Source: Podospora anserina (lineage: Eukaryota). Taken from it: a stretch of DNA of 64,000 bases. Both the position numbers and the translations under genes were made by a program. Shown here one piece after another: positions 60,522-64,000 of the stretch (within the stretch, counting starts at the first letter, position 1; each line of letters opens with the position of its first letter). Where the stretch lies: the NCBI GenBank assembly GCA_017654855.1, contig JAFMPO010000001.1, positions 558,001 to 622,000 on the forward strand. The letters run 5' to 3'. Below the pieces are notes generated by a model. That model ran no database searches and had not been told where the DNA came from. It saw only the letters and a list, made by a program, of their open reading frames with translations.

Positions 60522-63500
60522 TCAATCACTTGTAGCCTTCTCGCCCCTCTCCTTCCTGTTGACAACCGACTTCAAAACTTGCAAATGCTCCTCCGTCACT
60601 CTGATCGCCTCCCGGAGCTCTCTCTCAGCCATCCTCTCCTCCCGCAGCTTCTCCTCTACCGTCCTTGGATCCACGGTCCTCTTTCTCGGGGCTGGCATAC
60701 TACCACCGTTCAGCCGGTCCAGACCAGCTCTCTCCTCAATCCATTCCCACAGCTCACTTTCCTCTCTGCTCCACATTTCCTCGTAAGCCGCAATTCGCTG
60801 TGGGTAGTTTGCAAACCCGATGTCGCGGCCATAGGGTACTGGTCCTTGTCGAGTACCAAACCCGAACCAGCTAGCCACCAGCAGACCGACAAGCAACCCG
60901 TACACCACATTTCCGGTAAGAATAGGCCTGATGATATCAAACACGGGCCCAAGGAAAGGCCGCACAGGCTCAAGCAGACCCCAGCTCTCCTTTACTGACA
61001 CCTTGGCAACACTCTCAACGTCGCTGGCTTGGTTAGAGGCCAGCGCGGACTTCGCCTTGCGTCCACGCTTCTTGCCACGTGCCCCTGCGGCAATACCGAG
61101 AGTGCTAGACCGTGGTCGAGAAGAAATGGCTGCTCGCAGACTGGCAAAAAGATCTTTGCAGTACTGCGTCTGTCCTTCGTTTGCGCCCTTCTCAATGGGA
61201 CCTACGCCGATGATGTTAGCAAATCAACATTGACGACTTGCATCTGAGAAACAACATACCCTTCAGCCAGCTCTTGCCAGACCACTCGATAGTGCAGTTG
61301 ATCTGAACACGAGTGCCATTGTTCTCACCCCACGTAAGACAATACTTTGTCTTCACCACAAATATGTTGCCACTTGGTACATCGGGATTCTGCGTACTGC
61401 AAAGCACGTTGACAGACTTGTCGAGGTCGATGGATTCCAGCTGCTCCGTAACAATACATTTCGTCTGCTTGGGTCCTATCGAGGCGTTAAGAGGTTTGAT
61501 GTAGGTGAACGTCCGCGACTTGACCTCCCCAGTGAGACCTCGCTTGTCCTCCATCTGGAGATCCAGACATTTTTGGTCCACGGTCAGGAATTTGCCCATC
61601 CATGCGGCCGAGCCAGGTCCAAAGAGCAAGTTATAGACTTTGCCCAACGGCGCCGGGATAGTTTCGTCGCCCAGAATCTTCTCATAATGTGTCCCTTCAT
61701 CCCCGCACTCTGTCGGGGCGTGACTGGTAGGACCTGGGAAATCACCACCACTTGTGGGAGCATTGTCGTCGGCCTTCTCCGAGGGCACTGGACCAGATAC
61801 CTTGCGAGTGGCTGTCTTATCAGGGCCCTCTGAGGTTGCGTCCGCAGGCAAGCTTGCTTCTTGGCTATCCTCCTCTTCCTCATCCTCATCATACACATCG
61901 TCATCATCGTCATCCCCATCGGCACTCTCGTCATCGGATCCGGATATGCTCTGGCTCCCTGCCACAGAGACGTTTTCCACATCAACCTTTTCGGTACGGT
62001 CGCCGCCCGGCTCCTCCAGACGGACGCCATTGAGAGAGCTCTGGAGGTGAGGATGACCAAGCTTCCAGATTTTGATGATGAGATCGTATGTCGTGTCGCG
62101 GCTCGCAAAAGAGGCAAAGATATGCTTGGCATGTAGAGTAGAAATCTCCAGGCCGTTCTTGAACACCAGCGCCGTACTCCGCTTTTCAACTGAGACAATC
62201 TCGTCAAAGCTCATCACCAGCGTCGTCACCCAGCCCAAGATATTGCTGCTAAAGCAGAGGTGTCCCTCTGAGATGTATAACCGGCCATGAGCGAGGATTT
62301 CACGCTGCAGAGCACAGCTGTAGTCCTCAATCAGGTAATCGTCATCGGGCACGCTTTTGAAAAGGTTATGAAAGTCACGGTTGCGCTTCTTAGTAGCGAC
62401 AGCAAATCCAGTAAGTTTCGGGGTGCTTCCCGCAGCATTCGGGTTAGCCACCGAAGAGTTGGCAGCTGAAATAGCAGCGCCTATGGCGCTCCCAGATGTG
62501 TTGTGTGTAGCTATGCTGCTGCCTCGCTTCCTGCGGTGACCAAGAGCACTGCGAATGCTTCCGCTCCGGTGAACCCCTGATCTACCCTCATATACACTCC
62601 CTGCTGGTGGCGTGCGATCTCCGTTGGCAGAATACACCGATCTCGGCCGCGAAAGATGCGACTCGTCCACAATTTCCGTCACAGCGGGATGGGGGTCCGG
62701 GGCTGAATCTGATCGATTTCGTGGATCAGGATCCGCAAATTTTGAGGCCACAGGACTAGGAGCATTGCTCGGTGTCTCGGAAATACCGAGCTGGCTAAGA
62801 CTGAGATCGCCCATGCCTAGCGTTTTAACGGCTGGCTCCTGGGATTCTGAAGACAGATCAGGAATGGATGAGGATTCAACCTCGACGCCGTCCTGCTGCT
62901 GTTGTTGCTGTTGTGTGCTGTCGGTTTCCTGAGACGGTGTACCGGCCCTAGACTTCGTCCCGGGAGCTAGATTCGCCGTTGATATGGTGCTACTGAGCGA
63001 GTTGGCAGTATTTTGGACTGCTGAGAACATGGACGAAAAGAACGTGGCAGCTGGGTTTGGTGAAACTGGCCCAGCTTCCGGCGTTGGCGTGAGAGGGGCG
63101 GATGTTATCGTTGACAGCTTGCTTGGGCCTGCATTTGACCCCGCTCTTCTTCGTTGCGTTATCATATTCCCCACGGGAGACGCATTCGCCGGACGACGAG
63201 GGCTGCTGCTAGTCGCCACGATGACGGGCAGCTGAGGATCGGTTGGTGTGGGAGGGGTATTCACGATCACTGGCGGAGTCGGCTCTCCATGTGGCGGAGT
63301 CTGTGGTGTTCGCGGCGGGGCTTTCAGAGGTTCCAACGTCGGACCGCGTGAAAGGGCACGGTTTCGGCCGGTCGAGACTTTGGCTTCAGACTCTGGGTTG
63401 ACCGCTGGCGAAGACTCGGGCACAGTCTTCTCGTCACTGGAACTCTTTTCCGAACCCCTTTTCGAGCGGAATACGTCTCTGAGTCGGTTTCCAGATGTAG

Positions 63501-63757
63501 ACCTTTTCGGTGGATCGGAATCGGGATGCAGGAGGTTATGGGTTCGGGACTTTCTCAGCGAAGGGGTAGACTCCAGACTGTCCGAGGAGTCTTGCGGCAA
63601 AGTCGAAGATCGGGTCGATAATCCGGAGATTTCAGAAGACAGGACGTCTGAGGTTTGCGACTCTGGCTTGTATTTCTCCTGCACGAGGGGCGAGGATGTA
63701 GTTAGGTGCCCGATCTGGGACAGGTGGACTGAGATGGCGGTGGGACGGGTGTCTGGC
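60522..63757 (-). CDS. GRAM + VASt (StART-like) sterol transfer protein, Ysp2/Lam family; 5'-partial; intron 61259-61202
   Basis: GRAM motif KRNRDFHNLFKSVPDDDYLIEDYSCALQREILAHGRLYISE; VASt motifs YIKPLNASIGPKQTKC, TQNPDVPSGNIF, WSGKSWLKGPIEKGA; C-terminal TM segment. No start ATG found; candidate acceptors give exon starts at 63757 or 63678, so the first exon is probably outside the window. Confidence 0.92.
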
Positions 63758-64000
63758 CTAGCGAGCGAATGTCACGGGTGTCAGTTGAGGTTATAGGTGA
63801 ATAACACAAATGAAAACAAAACAATGCGAGAGGAGCGTGTATCCGGAAGAACCGGTAATTATCAACGTGAGTTGGGAGAGGCTGATGACGACGGCCAACG
63901 ACGAGCAGCAGAAACGCCGCCTGTGGGAGGCACAGGTTGGTTGACGACGAGAGCCAAGAGGTCAGGTAGGTGGTGAGCTGGATGTGGACCGGAGCTCCGC

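Noticed and set aside
1..64000. CRISPR arrays, prokaryotic operons, intact transposase or retroelement ORFs
   Set aside because: None seen; the window is eukaryotic, with no repeat-spacer arrays or such ORFs.

Overview
Genomic DNA from a filamentous ascomycete (Sordariomycete; Sordariales such as Podospora is an inference from intron signals, dispersed Pol III genes and protein style). I can support eight protein genes: ArfGAP Glo3, Tim21, a BTB + atypical bromodomain protein, an uncharacterised LRR-like protein, an Ndt80-family transcription factor (Fsd-1/NdtA type), CreA/Cre-1, a Rad55-like Rad51 paralog, and a 5'-partial GRAM/VASt (Ysp2/Lam) protein. There are six tRNA genes (Phe x2, Arg x2, Cys, His) and one dispersed 5S rRNA gene. 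The Ndt80-like gene has about 14 kb upstream and 21 kb downstream with no recognisable protein gene. Most notable: a bromodomain whose acetyl-lysine-anchoring Asn aligns to Trp, fused to BTB, next to a possible BC-box/LRR gene; a MITE-like element with long internal palindromes; a shared palindromic element downstream of both tRNA-Arg genes; several phase-compatible first exons for the Ndt80-like gene; and a 1.7 kb decayed gene. All gene models were spliced by hand and no database search was run.
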